24,000 nucleotides of DNA. Source: Thermoplasmata archaeon (GTDB lineage Archaea; Thermoplasmatota; Thermoplasmata; GCA-020350865). Both the position numbers and the translations under genes were made by a program. A model generated the notes under the pieces. The model was not told the DNA's origin. It ran no database searches and saw nothing but the letters and a program-made list of their open reading frames with translations. Positions 1 to 9,062 of the stretch are shown here, piece by piece (position 1 is the first letter of the stretch; each line of letters begins with the position of its first letter). Where the stretch lies: assembly GCA_020348445.1 (NCBI GenBank), contig CP070751.1, positions 2,551,447-2,575,446 of the forward strand, given 5' to 3'.

Positions 1-285
1 ACCATTGATCCACCTACAGAATTATCGGCAAAATATGTGAAGAAGGGCGGGGGGTCCATCGAGCTCACCTGGATACCTGTGGATGATGCAGAAGGATACA
101 ATGTATATTACTTTCAGAATGAAAAATATACATTCATAGCCAGTTCAACTTCGATAAAATACCTTGATAAGAATGTAATAAAGGGACAGACCTACACGTA
201 TGTAGTGACATCGTACAAGACATGCCCAGACGGCTCAACTGTAGAATCGGACTACAGCAACACAGCATTTGCAACTGCCGGATAA
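1..285 (+). CDS. 3' end of a larger secreted or cell-surface protein whose 5' end lies outside the window; it ends in a fibronectin type III-like domain
   Basis: Frame 1 is open from nt 1 (TIDPPTELSAKYVKKGGGSIELTWIPVDDAEGYNVYY...), so the GTG at 37 used by the ORF track is probably internal. The LxW.P...DAxGYxVYY ... YxYxV pattern is FN3-like and resembles the FN3 modules of the proteins at 19117 and 21651. Stop at 283-285. Confidence 0.55.
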   Translation, partial: TIDPPTELSAKYVKKGGGSIELTWIPVDDAEGYNVYYFQNEKYTFIASSTSIKYLDKNVIKGQTYTYVVTSYKTCPDGSTVESDYSNTAFATAG

Positions 286-352
286 CTATTCCTTTTCCTA
301 ATATTTCTTAAAATGAATACTTTAACCCAGGTGTTTAATAAGTAAAAGAAAA

Positions 353-883
353 TCAATATTTTGAAGGGCAGCCAACCTGAATTTTTGTTGATATAATGGT
401 AAGCCCAAATTCACCTTCCTCGAGCTTCCCCTCCACCACGACCACCTTACCTTCCGCAAATCCTTCGGGCATTGCCTTTTCATGGACAACAAATATTGCG
501 AATGACGCATTTTTATCATCCACAAGTGTGAAGTTCTTACCTCCAGTCCAATTGCCCACCTTTCCCTTCACTGTGACCTCATCACCTAGGTATTTACCTC
601 TATTTTTTACGATATCCCTTACCTCGTCATAATCAGGTGGTGCGGCACCCCATAGAACCACTATCAAGGCAATTGCCACTATGGCCACCACGATAAGAAC
701 CTTGTTTCTTCTGGAAAAGAACCGTTTTCGCTTGGGTTTTGTCTCTTTCTTTGGTTCTTCTTGGGTATCCTCCCCTACTTCCTCATGTGATTCATCCTCA
801 GGCTCTTCCCCAGATTCTTTTTGGGAGTCATGCGCGGTTTCATCCTCGGTAATTTCCCCTTCTTGCTTCGTACTTACATTCAT
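353..883 (-). CDS. ccmE: Cytochrome c maturation haem chaperone CcmE, variant CxxxY type, with a long acidic N-terminal extension
   Basis: One TM helix (VLIVVAIVAIALIVVLW) is followed by a beta-rich OB-like domain. The C-terminus is GCPSKY, that is CxxxY in place of the bacterial HxxxY haem-binding motif, which is the known archaeal/Desulfovibrio variant. It is the last gene of a ccmABCDE-ordered cluster. ATGA overlap with the upstream small ORF at 880-883. Confidence 0.75.
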   Translation of the reverse strand: MNVSTKQEGEITEDETAHDSQKESGEEPEDESHEEVGEDTQEEPKKETKPKRKRFFSRRNKVLIVVAIVAIALIVVLWGAAPPDYDEVRDIVKNRGKYLGDEVTVKGKVGNWTGGKNFTLVDDKNASFAIFVVHEKAMPEGFAEGKVVVVEGKLEEGEFGLTIISTKIQVGCPSKY

Positions 884-1023
884 TCTTTTTTCACCATCTC
901 TTCAAGTAACTTCAGTTCATTTGCTAGTTTTACCTGTTTCATATGAAGATATACAAGATATCCAAAAAGTCCCAACCATATGATCGAATAGCCAATATAC
1001 AAAGCCTCAAGTTCACCCATCAT
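880..1023 (-). CDS. ccmD: Small single-TM protein, CcmD-like haem exporter subunit (absent from the supplied ORF track)
   Basis: My translation of the minus strand 1023->880 gives MMGELEALYIGYSIIWLGLFGYLVYLHMKQVKLANELKLLEEMVKKE*, one hydrophobic helix plus a charged tail. It sits exactly between ccmC and ccmE. ATGA start/stop overlaps occur at both ends (1020-1023 and 880-883), indicating translational coupling. Confidence 0.6.
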   Translation of the reverse strand: MMGELEALYIGYSIIWLGLFGYLVYLHMKQVKLANELKLLEEMVKKE

Positions 1024-1724
1024 ATCCCTCCAATCTTTTCCTTTAAATCCTCAATTTTTGAGGCCATTTCTTGAATTGCTATGCGTTTTCTCAACATGAA
1101 CATATACAGAAATGAGAAAGCTACAACACCAACTAAAAGACCGATTCCTGTTTCAGAAGACATGGACCCCTCACTTGTTGCCACAACATTTGGATGCATG
1201 CTCTGCCATATCCTTGAAGATATGAACGACAAGGGAACACATGCAAAACCAATGATTCCGAAAACAGCTGCAAGCCTGGCTTTATTCTCGCTTTCCACAC
1301 CCCCTCTCAGTAATAGATATGCCAAGAAAATCAGCCATAAAACGAACGTTATAGTGAGCTTGGTGTCCTCCCACCTCCAGTAAACACCCCACTCTGCTTT
1401 TCCCCATATTGGACCTGTTACAATGGCAAGGGTGCAGAAAACAACACCGATTTCGGCAGAGGCAAATGCTATGGTATCCCATTTTCTTAAGCTGTTTTTA
1501 AGATATAGTACTGACATTATGAAGACCACTCCGAAAGCCAAAAACGATACCCAAGCTGCTGGAACATGAAAGTAGAAGATTTTCTGTGCTTTTGGCGCAC
1601 TCCAGCCATCTTCTTCCCTGACCTCAGGGGTATAGATCAGAGCTGTATATATTGAAAGCAAGACAAAGAATACTGTGAGAATCAGAATAACTGTCTCCAA
1701 CCTTTTATCGAACTTCATCATCAT
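1020..1724 (-). CDS. ccmC: Haem exporter / haem-handling protein CcmC
   Basis: Polytopic membrane protein carrying the Trp-rich signature WGKAEWGVYWRWEDTKLT (WGxxWxW-D/E-x-[RK]-LT type). Conserved His-containing segments FYFHVP and SMHPN. Lies between ccmB and ccmD, and its start overlaps the ccmB stop (1721-1724). Confidence 0.85.
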   Translation of the reverse strand: MMMKFDKRLETVILILTVFFVLLSIYTALIYTPEVREEDGWSAPKAQKIFYFHVPAAWVSFLAFGVVFIMSVLYLKNSLRKWDTIAFASAEIGVVFCTLAIVTGPIWGKAEWGVYWRWEDTKLTITFVLWLIFLAYLLLRGGVESENKARLAAVFGIIGFACVPLSFISSRIWQSMHPNVVATSEGSMSSETGIGLLVGVVAFSFLYMFMLRKRIAIQEMASKIEDLKEKIGGI

Positions 1725-2404
1725 TCCTCTAAGACAAAATCGAACAGGAGATATGCGATTGCGATGTATATTACAGCAAACACTCCCAATATCCTCAACT
1801 CGGGTATTGCATCTATAATATCGCCCTCTAAAGCCTTCGATGTGGCGTTTACAGAAGGCATTAACACTGTTAATAGGATAATAGGTATTAATAATATTGG
1901 TATCAACACACCCCTAATATCCTGGGCATTTACCGCAATTCCCGAAATGAGGGTTCCTGAAACGACAAAACAAAAAGTACCCAGAAACACCACCACTAGG
2001 ACTGGGAGTAAATTCCCGTTAAAGTCATATGAAAAGAATAAAACAAAGAAAATCAACGCAAAGATGTCAACAAGAAGTATTAGAAAGTAATTGGACAAAA
2101 CTTTACCGAAGTATATTGCCGACCTGTCCATGGGACACAACATAAGACCCTCCAATGAACCCCGGTCTTTTTCTTTTGAAAACGAGGTGAGAAGGCCGAA
2201 CATTCCCGCGAAGAAAAATGTAACCCATAATATGGGTGAAACAAGAGGTTCCAGGGCCTCTGACGAAAGAGAATAGAAGTAAAATGCAAAATAAAAGGCT
2301 ACCATGACGAATAACGAAAACACAAGCATGGAGAATACCATCTCCTTTGTCCTGAATTCGGTTTTTATGTCCTTAATGGCTATTGCCAGGCCCTGAGACA
2401 TCAT
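1721..2404 (-). CDS. ccmB: Haem exporter membrane subunit CcmB (ABC-2 type permease)
   Basis: About six predicted TM helices, located directly downstream of the ABC ATPase. The ORF track extends to 2473, but the ATG at 2404 (MMSQGLAIAIKD...) forms an ATGA overlap with the ccmA stop (2401-2403) and avoids a 72-nt out-of-frame overlap. That ATG is preferred as the start. Confidence 0.75.
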   Translation of the reverse strand: MMSQGLAIAIKDIKTEFRTKEMVFSMLVFSLFVMVAFYFAFYFYSLSSEALEPLVSPILWVTFFFAGMFGLLTSFSKEKDRGSLEGLMLCPMDRSAIYFGKVLSNYFLILLVDIFALIFFVLFFSYDFNGNLLPVLVVVFLGTFCFVVSGTLISGIAVNAQDIRGVLIPILLIPIILLTVLMPSVNATSKALEGDIIDAIPELRILGVFAVIYIAIAYLLFDFVLEE

Positions 2405-3111
2405 TTTTGAGCCCCCATAAGGCCATGGTACTTCCCCTTGAAAGCCTCTATATCCATATTCTTCTTCTCGCATTCAAAGGCAACCTTTCCATTGACAAGT
2501 ATCGCCAGTCTTTCTCCGATTCTATGGCCAAGTTCAACATTGTGAGTTATCAAGAATATGGTTTTACCCTCCTCATGGAACTTCCTAAGAATGTCTGTCA
2601 ACATCTCCCAAGCCTTATAATCAAGGCCGGTGTAGGGCTCGTCTAATAGGAGAACCGGGGGATTATGAAGAATTACTCTTGCAACAGCAGCCCTTTGTTT
2701 CATACCTCTAGAGAATTGACCCACCCTATCATTCATTCTATGTAATAATCCCACCTCATCAGCCAAGGTTTTTAATGTTTTCTCATCCTTTTTTAATTTG
2801 TACATCCTTGAATAGAAAATCAGATTCTCCTTTAAGGTGAGATCATCATAAAGAAATGGATTGTGGGACAAAACACCTATTGTGCTTCTCACTTCCATTG
2901 ACTCCTCTTTGATGTCAAATCCATTTATGATCACATTTCCGGATGAGGGTCTTGAAAGAGTGGATAGAATCTTGATAAGAGTTGTTTTTCCAGCACCATT
3001 TGGTCCAAACATAACAAGGAACTCACCAGATTCGGCTTCCAAGTTCAAGTCGCATAAAACCTTCTTTCTTCCAAATCTCTTTTGGAGGTTTTTGATTTCT
3101 ATTGCGGGCAT
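2401..3111 (-). CDS. ccmA: ABC transporter ATP-binding protein, CcmA-like haem exporter ATPase
   Basis: Walker A GPNGAGKTT, signature-like FSRGMKQR, Walker B LLLDEP, H-loop ITHN. First gene of the ccm cluster. Confidence 0.8.
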   Translation of the reverse strand: MPAIEIKNLQKRFGRKKVLCDLNLEAESGEFLVMFGPNGAGKTTLIKILSTLSRPSSGNVIINGFDIKEESMEVRSTIGVLSHNPFLYDDLTLKENLIFYSRMYKLKKDEKTLKTLADEVGLLHRMNDRVGQFSRGMKQRAAVARVILHNPPVLLLDEPYTGLDYKAWEMLTDILRKFHEEGKTIFLITHNVELGHRIGERLAILVNGKVAFECEKKNMDIEAFKGKYHGLMGAQK

Positions 3112-3317
3112 TACCGCGTAATCTACGGATTGCCTTAAAATGTTTTGGATTTTTAAAATGGCTTATATTTTCCGGCTCTTCTTGTTTATAATAATTTTTG
3201 GGCGGGAGGTGGGGATTTTGGCGGTGGGGGTTTTGTGGTGGTCAATATAATTACATAAATGAAGAGATAAAGATTATAAACCATAATTGTATCATTACTC
3301 CCGAGGATTGAATTTCC

Positions 3318-5453
3318 ATGTCCGAGAACCTAGATGCCATATTCAAACCACGCTCAATAGCGGTTGTAGGCACATCAAGAAAAGAAGGTACCATTGGAAG
3401 GGAGGTACTCCATAACCTAGTGGCCTACGGCTTCAACGGGCCCGTATACCCAGTGAACCCTAAAGCTGAGTATGTCAACAGCATAAAGTGTTACCCCAAT
3501 GTATCCACGATCCCCGACGGAGTGGATTTGACCATCATAGTTATTCCAAAGGAAAATGTCCTCTCCGTTGTTTCCGAATGTGGAGAAAAGGGAGTAAAAG
3601 GCATCGTGGTAATTTCAGCGGGATTCAAGGAGATAGGGGAAAAAGGAATTCAGCTTGAAAAAGAACTTGTAGGTTTGATTAAAAAATATGATATGAGGCT
3701 AGTTGGCCCGAACTGTATGGGCGTAATTAACACAGCCAAGGATATCAGGATGGATGCCACATTTGGATCCACATTACCTCTCGACGGGCATGTGGGTTTC
3801 ATGTCCCAAAGCGGTGCCCTGGGCAACATTATCCTGGAATACGCAGACGAGCTTAAAATCGGATTCTCGAAATTCATCAGCATGGGAAACAAGGCTGATG
3901 TCTCAGGCAATGACATGTTGATGGACCTGGAGAATGATGAAAACACGAACATAATTCTCATGTATTTGGAGAGTTTCGGCAACCCAAGGAAATTCGTTAA
4001 GATTGCAAGGAGGCTGACCAAGAAAAAGCCCGTTATCGCGGTCAAGGCAGGCAGAACCAGGGCAGGGGCAAAAGCCGCCTCTTCCCATACCGGGGCCCTT
4101 GCTGGCTTGGATGTGGCTGTTGATGCACTTTTTGAGCAATGCGGGGTTCTGAGAGCCACCTCAATTGAAGAGCTGTTTGATTATGCGCTGGCCTTTTCCA
4201 ATCAGCCATTACCTGAGGGAAAAAGGGTGGCAATAGTTTCAAATGCAGGTGGGCCAGGTATAATCGCCACTGATGCATGCGTCAGTCTTGGCCTTGATAT
4301 GAGCACATTCGAGGATGAGACATACCAAAAATTGAAAAATGCGCTGCCCGAGGAAGCCAGCACCCAAAATCCTGTTGATATCCTTGGAGATGGAGGGCCA
4401 GAGCGTTACGAGAAGGCCTTGGATGCCGTATTAAAGGATAAGAACGTTGATGCAGTAATTACCATATTTGTACCGCCTTTAATGAGCAGAGCATTGGATG
4501 TCGCATTAGCCATATCAAATGTGAGTGCAAAATATCATAAACCAGTCCTTGGCTGCTTCATGGGTCGAGAGGAGGTGCTCACAAGCATCCAGGAACTTGA
4601 AAAGAACAACATCCCTGCCTACCTTTTCCCCGAATCTGCGGCAAAATCAATAGCAGGCATGTATAAATTCAACGAATACAGACGCAGAAGGGAGGGGGAT
4701 ATTAGGCAGTTTGATGTAGATAAGGAAATGGTCCAAAATATCATCTCGAAGGCAAAAGACGCGGGGAGAACATATCTTTCTCAAAACGAGGTGAAGGAGA
4801 TTTTAATTGCCTATGGATTCAGCTTCCCGCAATCGCAATTGGCGAAAGGTGAGGATGAAGCGGCAAACATCGCAAAGCGTATTGGATTCCCAGTGGCTTT
4901 AAAGATCGCCTCCGATGAAATCATACATAAATCAGATGCCAAAGGCGTGGCTTTAGATCTTAAAGACGAGAAAGAGGTAAGAGAGGGTTATAAGCAAATC
5001 CTCAAGGAGGTGGGACAAACTACTTCTGCAACAAAGATAGATGGCATCGTGGTTCAAGCCATGGTAAAAGGCGGTAAAGAAACGATATTGGGTATGAGTC
5101 TCGATCCCAATTTTGGACCATTGATCATGTTCGGTTTAGGCGGCATATATGTGGAAGTTCTCAAGGATGTGACCTTCAGGATAGCTCCGATTACGGATTT
5201 GGATGCCCAGGAGATGATCAAGAGCATAAAGAGCTATCCTTTGCTCTCAGGAATCAGGGGCGAGGAGCCAGCAGATATCGATTCCATAGAGGAGTATATT
5301 CAAAGACTTTCCAGATTGGTGGAGGATTTCCCAGAGATAGAAGAACTGGATGTCAATCCCCTTGTCGTATTCGAGAAAGGAAGATGCTGTAATGTCGTTG
5401 ACGCCAGGATAAAGATTGGTCCTTCATATGAGCTAAAAAGGTACAAGTTGTGA
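3318..5453 (+). CDS. acd: ADP-forming acetyl-CoA synthetase (acetate--CoA ligase family, fused alpha-beta)
   Basis: N-terminal CoA-binding Rossmann segment (PRSIAVVGTSRKEGTIGREV..YPVNP). Succinyl-CoA-ligase-like segment with the phospho-His loop SSHTGALAG. C-terminal ATP-grasp segment (GFPVALKIASDEIIHKSDAKGV). At 711 aa it matches fused archaeal ACDs. GAGGA lies 11 nt upstream of the ATG. Confidence 0.9.
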   Translation: MSENLDAIFKPRSIAVVGTSRKEGTIGREVLHNLVAYGFNGPVYPVNPKAEYVNSIKCYPNVSTIPDGVDLTIIVIPKENVLSVVSECGEKGVKGIVVISAGFKEIGEKGIQLEKELVGLIKKYDMRLVGPNCMGVINTAKDIRMDATFGSTLPLDGHVGFMSQSGALGNIILEYADELKIGFSKFISMGNKADVSGNDMLMDLENDENTNIILMYLESFGNPRKFVKIARRLTKKKPVIAVKAGRTRAGAKAASSHTGALAGLDVAVDALFEQCGVLRATSIEELFDYALAFSNQPLPEGKRVAIVSNAGGPGIIATDACVSLGLDMSTFEDETYQKLKNALPEEASTQNPVDILGDGGPERYEKALDAVLKDKNVDAVITIFVPPLMSRALDVALAISNVSAKYHKPVLGCFMGREEVLTSIQELEKNNIPAYLFPESAAKSIAGMYKFNEYRRRREGDIRQFDVDKEMVQNIISKAKDAGRTYLSQNEVKEILIAYGFSFPQSQLAKGEDEAANIAKRIGFPVALKIASDEIIHKSDAKGVALDLKDEKEVREGYKQILKEVGQTTSATKIDGIVVQAMVKGGKETILGMSLDPNFGPLIMFGLGGIYVEVLKDVTFRIAPITDLDAQEMIKSIKSYPLLSGIRGEEPADIDSIEEYIQRLSRLVEDFPEIEELDVNPLVVFEKGRCCNVVDARIKIGPSYELKRYKL

Positions 5454-5492
5454 AGAACTGACCTGGGAACTGGAGATTTGTAGATAATATAG

Positions 5493-5500
5493 TTTTTTTT
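5493..5500 (+). terminator. T8 run, likely archaeal oligo-T terminator of acd
   Basis: Eight consecutive T residues about 40 nt after the acd stop codon. Confidence 0.45.
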
Positions 5501-5545
5501 ACTAAACTCGAGAATTATTTAATTATTTCGCAATTAACACCGTAT

Positions 5546-6502
5546 ATGTTATATACCAATTCAATTAATAACCTCCGAGATCATGTGCCTGGTGATAGTT
5601 TGAGAAAGCCAACGATTTTATTTTATGTCATTGTGGTGAGTATCTTTCTGATGCCCTATTCCACCCAAACTGCATTTTCTGATGCAGAATTACCCCAGTG
5701 GAAGGTGGGATACAGGTGGGATTATAAAGGTCAGGAGCAGAACACCACAGTCAATCTCACTGTCAAGGTTATTGAAATAACTACTATAGAAATGAATGGA
5801 ATGGCTTATGATGTATATGTTGTAAACATAACATCCATTGCGATGATAAATCAAGTTCAAGATCAATTTCAAGTCATTGATCAAAAAAATAAATACATTC
5901 AAACGAGCAATTTAGCCACTGTAAAAGAGGAGATTTCCCATATTGCTCCTAATAGAAATATTAATGGGAATAACACTTACACACCTTTAAAGAAGGAATA
6001 CGATTTCCCTATTCTGGTTGGCAAGAAATGGACCTCTTCCTACACCAAGAATGTAAGTTTAGAAGGGCTGGGAACCTACCTCATCTCAGAAAGTATTAAT
6101 TATTCTGTTATAGCTGAAGAATCAGTTACAGTTGCCGCAGGTACATTTGATTGCTATAAAATCGAAATAGACGTTGGCACAGGTGTAATAGACCAATTCT
6201 GGTATTCTGAGAAAGTAAAAAACATAATCAAGACAACTCGCTTCTCAGAAGATATATTTTATGAAATGAACCTTACCGCCTATTCATTTAAGGAAGAAGA
6301 GGATGGTGATTCCGATGATATCACCACAGAGGACCTTTTGCCTTATATATTAATTCTGATCATCGTGATTTTGATAATTGTAGTTATCGTGGCAAGAAAA
6401 AGGAAAAAGAGCAAGAAGAAAAAGAAAAAAAAGAAGAAGAAAAAGACCATACCTGATGAGGACAAGAAGGTAGAGGAGAAAGAGGAAGAAAAATCTGAAT
6501 GA
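5546..6502 (+). CDS. Hypothetical exported protein with an N-terminal signal or anchor, a C-terminal TM helix and a poly-Lys/Glu tail
   Basis: N-terminal hydrophobic segment ILFYVIVVSIFLM, an N-glycosylation-sequon-rich beta-rich ectodomain, the TM helix LLPYILILIIVILIIVVIVA, then RKRKKSKKKKKKKKKKKT..EEKEEEKSE. No family recognised by eye. Confidence 0.5.
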   Translation: MLYTNSINNLRDHVPGDSLRKPTILFYVIVVSIFLMPYSTQTAFSDAELPQWKVGYRWDYKGQEQNTTVNLTVKVIEITTIEMNGMAYDVYVVNITSIAMINQVQDQFQVIDQKNKYIQTSNLATVKEEISHIAPNRNINGNNTYTPLKKEYDFPILVGKKWTSSYTKNVSLEGLGTYLISESINYSVIAEESVTVAAGTFDCYKIEIDVGTGVIDQFWYSEKVKNIIKTTRFSEDIFYEMNLTAYSFKEEEDGDSDDITTEDLLPYILILIIVILIIVVIVARKRKKSKKKKKKKKKKKTIPDEDKKVEEKEEEKSE

Positions 6503-6546
6503 ACCTGAATCTTGCCTACGCCCACTGATTATCTTAGTTTATTGAT

Positions 6547-7872
6547 CTATTCCCCTCTCAATTCCTTCATATGCTCGATTCTTTTCTCTATTAACTCCTT
6601 CTTGCCAATGTCGTGCCTCATGAAGACGTTGCCTTTTACATGGGAAAGCGCATTTTCGGCGATTTTCTCTGCATCGAATATACTGTCATCGATGCCCACT
6701 ACAGCCAATGACCGTGAAGAGGTCGTATAGATCTGGTCATCCCTCTGATTCACAGATGCAAAGAAAAGCTCTGCACCGCTATTTTCGATTTCGGCCTCGT
6801 CTACTACCACTTTCTCTCCCACAAGTGATTCTACACCGTAACCCTTTGGAACGATGTACTTGCAGACACTGGCCTTGTTTGCGAACATAGCCTTTTTAGA
6901 CGCCAAATTACCATCGATAATTCCGCTGCAGATTTCTGCAAAGTCCGAGGTCAAAAGCGGAAGGACATTCATGGCCTCTGGGTCCCCGAACCGTGCATTG
7001 CACTCCAGCACCTTTAGTCCTTTGGTTGTGAGGATGAACTGGCCATAGAGGATGCCCTTGTATGGCGTTCCTTCTTCCTTCATGGCATCTATTATGCTCT
7101 GCATTATATCCACGCAATTATCGTATTCCTCTTTTGTCAGAAAGGGTAACAGACCATCTTCCTGAGAATAGGAACCCATACCACCAGTATTGGGCCCGAT
7201 GTCGCCTTCATATGCCCGCTTATGATCTTGCACTGCTGGCATTGGTAACAGGTGGCTTCCATCGCAAAATGCCTGGAGCGTGAGTTCCTCTCCAACCATC
7301 TTCTCCTCGATTACAAAGCTCGATGAGCCCCCAATTTTATTTTCATTGATTTCCCTGCAGTAATCCAAAACACCCTCCATGTTCAACAAATGCTCGCCCA
7401 TGATCTTCACGCCTTTGCCACCAGTAAGACCTATGGGTTTTACCACAACCTCTTTGTTGTAGTCCTTTAAAAATGTCTCTGCCTCTGATACATTATCGAA
7501 AACCCGATAGTCAACCATCCCAGGGAGGTTGTGCTTTGCCATCAAATCCCGCATGTACTGCTTTGATATCTCTATCTGAGATGCGCTCTTGCTCGGACCT
7601 ACACTTGGAATGCCCGATTTCTCAAGTTCATCCACGATTCCCACACCCAAAGGTGCCTCGGGTCCGATAAACGCAAAATCAACCCCCTTGGACTTTGCCC
7701 ATTCTGTAACTTTCTCAACTTCTGTCTCTTTTTCGTACAACGTGTCCTTACTCAGCTTGGCAATACCAGGATTACGGTTCTTCATAACCGAATATATCTC
7801 GGTATTGGATTTTACTAAGGCTTTTACTATCGCATGTTCTCTTGCTCCGCCTCCAACACTTAGAACTTTCAT
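6547..7872 (-). CDS. purD: Phosphoribosylamine--glycine ligase (GAR synthetase)
   Basis: N-terminus MKVLSVGGGAREHAIVKAL, an ATP-grasp core, and the conserved LECNARFGDPE segment. AGGAGGG Shine-Dalgarno lies 5-6 nt upstream of the ATG. Confidence 0.93.
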   Translation of the reverse strand: MKVLSVGGGAREHAIVKALVKSNTEIYSVMKNRNPGIAKLSKDTLYEKETEVEKVTEWAKSKGVDFAFIGPEAPLGVGIVDELEKSGIPSVGPSKSASQIEISKQYMRDLMAKHNLPGMVDYRVFDNVSEAETFLKDYNKEVVVKPIGLTGGKGVKIMGEHLLNMEGVLDYCREINENKIGGSSSFVIEEKMVGEELTLQAFCDGSHLLPMPAVQDHKRAYEGDIGPNTGGMGSYSQEDGLLPFLTKEEYDNCVDIMQSIIDAMKEEGTPYKGILYGQFILTTKGLKVLECNARFGDPEAMNVLPLLTSDFAEICSGIIDGNLASKKAMFANKASVCKYIVPKGYGVESLVGEKVVVDEAEIENSGAELFFASVNQRDDQIYTTSSRSLAVVGIDDSIFDAEKIAENALSHVKGNVFMRHDIGKKELIEKRIEHMKELRGE

Positions 7873-8026
7873 ACCTTGCCCTCCTTATATGGGGGTAATA
7901 GACTTAGATATGGTTATACCTTTTGGTGGTCCTTGGATTTATGTAATCCAGTGTGATAAAGAAGGGAACAATTTTATATCTTGACAATAATGTAGGAAAT
8001 AGTGAAGATGATATTGAGGGAGAATC

Positions 8027-9028
8027 ATGGAAAATAAAACACAGATGGGATTGTTATTGATTATAATAGGCATGTTGCTCGCCATCTTTTCAACTCTGGG
8101 AAGCATCGCAGCATCCAGTTTGGGAGGTTCAGGCCTTTCACCGGGGGCGCTAATACCAGGAATCCTGGGTTTCTTTGCTTTCATTCTCATGCTGGCAGGA
8201 TGGATCCTCATGATCACTGGTAGGAGGGAGTTCGGTGATAAACACTCCCAATTTGTTGTTTACTCAATAATTGCCCTTATAATTGGTTTTTTTATAGTGA
8301 TAGTTGGATCGATGATATCTGCATTTGCTGGAATCTCAAGCGGTGTGGAGAACGGAGAGGCAGAAGTCACATTTGATTACATTGCCATGGCCAAAGCCAT
8401 GAAGACAGGGATGATCATTTCATTTGTAGGTAGTTTATTGATTACCATTGGGTCAATTTTACTTGTATACAATCTCGAGAATGACATTGGTAAGAAAGTC
8501 CTCTATATCGCTTTCATCGTTTCAATTGTAGTCTCGATAGCGGTGATTATTTATACCCTACCATTATTAGATGACCTAGCCGAAAAACTGGAAGGTACGC
8601 CAGAAGATGATCGAGAGGACGAATTCTACGAAGGTATTGGTGACATCAGTTTGATAGAGGGCCTAGGTGTTATAGGCTCAGTAATTCTTTTAATTGGATA
8701 TTTCATCCCTTATAATCGTATAAAGAAAGGGGAGTTAGAACCTGTCCCACCGCCCACCGACACCCAAGGAATGCCTCCATATCCATCGTACCCATACCAA
8801 CCATATCCGCCTTATCAACCATCCCCAGGACAGCCCCCTGGTGCCCCCGTGGAAGGTGAGCCAAAACCCGATGGAGAGGTTACACAGCCTGAGCCCACCC
8901 CTGATGGTGCAGTACAACCAAAAGCCGTTACGCCGGAGCCGATAGAGACAAAGTATTGCAGATTTTGTGGAACTCAGATTCCAATGGAAAGCACTGTATG
9001 TCCTGTTTGTAATAAAACTCTGACATAA
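8027..9028 (+). CDS. Polytopic membrane protein with a Pro/Tyr-rich linker and a C-terminal zinc ribbon
   Basis: Six to seven hydrophobic helices, then PVPPPTDTQGMPPYPSYPYQPYPPYQPSPGQPPGAP, then CRFCGTQIPMESTVCPVCN (CxxC-x11-CxxC). GAGGGAG lies upstream of the ATG. Confidence 0.6.
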   Translation: MENKTQMGLLLIIIGMLLAIFSTLGSIAASSLGGSGLSPGALIPGILGFFAFILMLAGWILMITGRREFGDKHSQFVVYSIIALIIGFFIVIVGSMISAFAGISSGVENGEAEVTFDYIAMAKAMKTGMIISFVGSLLITIGSILLVYNLENDIGKKVLYIAFIVSIVVSIAVIIYTLPLLDDLAEKLEGTPEDDREDEFYEGIGDISLIEGLGVIGSVILLIGYFIPYNRIKKGELEPVPPPTDTQGMPPYPSYPYQPYPPYQPSPGQPPGAPVEGEPKPDGEVTQPEPTPDGAVQPKAVTPEPIETKYCRFCGTQIPMESTVCPVCNKTLT

Positions 9029-9062
9029 AGCATTACCGAATGCAAACATAAAATAACATAGG

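Noticed and set aside
3650-4278. Three minus-strand ORFs (169, 78 and 78 aa) inside acd
   Set aside because: They are embedded in a high-confidence 711-aa gene. They are shadow ORFs.
6420-6450. Programmed frameshift at the A-rich run in the poly-Lys region
   Set aside because: Neither alternative frame continues into a meaningful ORF. The in-frame product ends 50-80 nt later in a coherent Lys/Glu tail.
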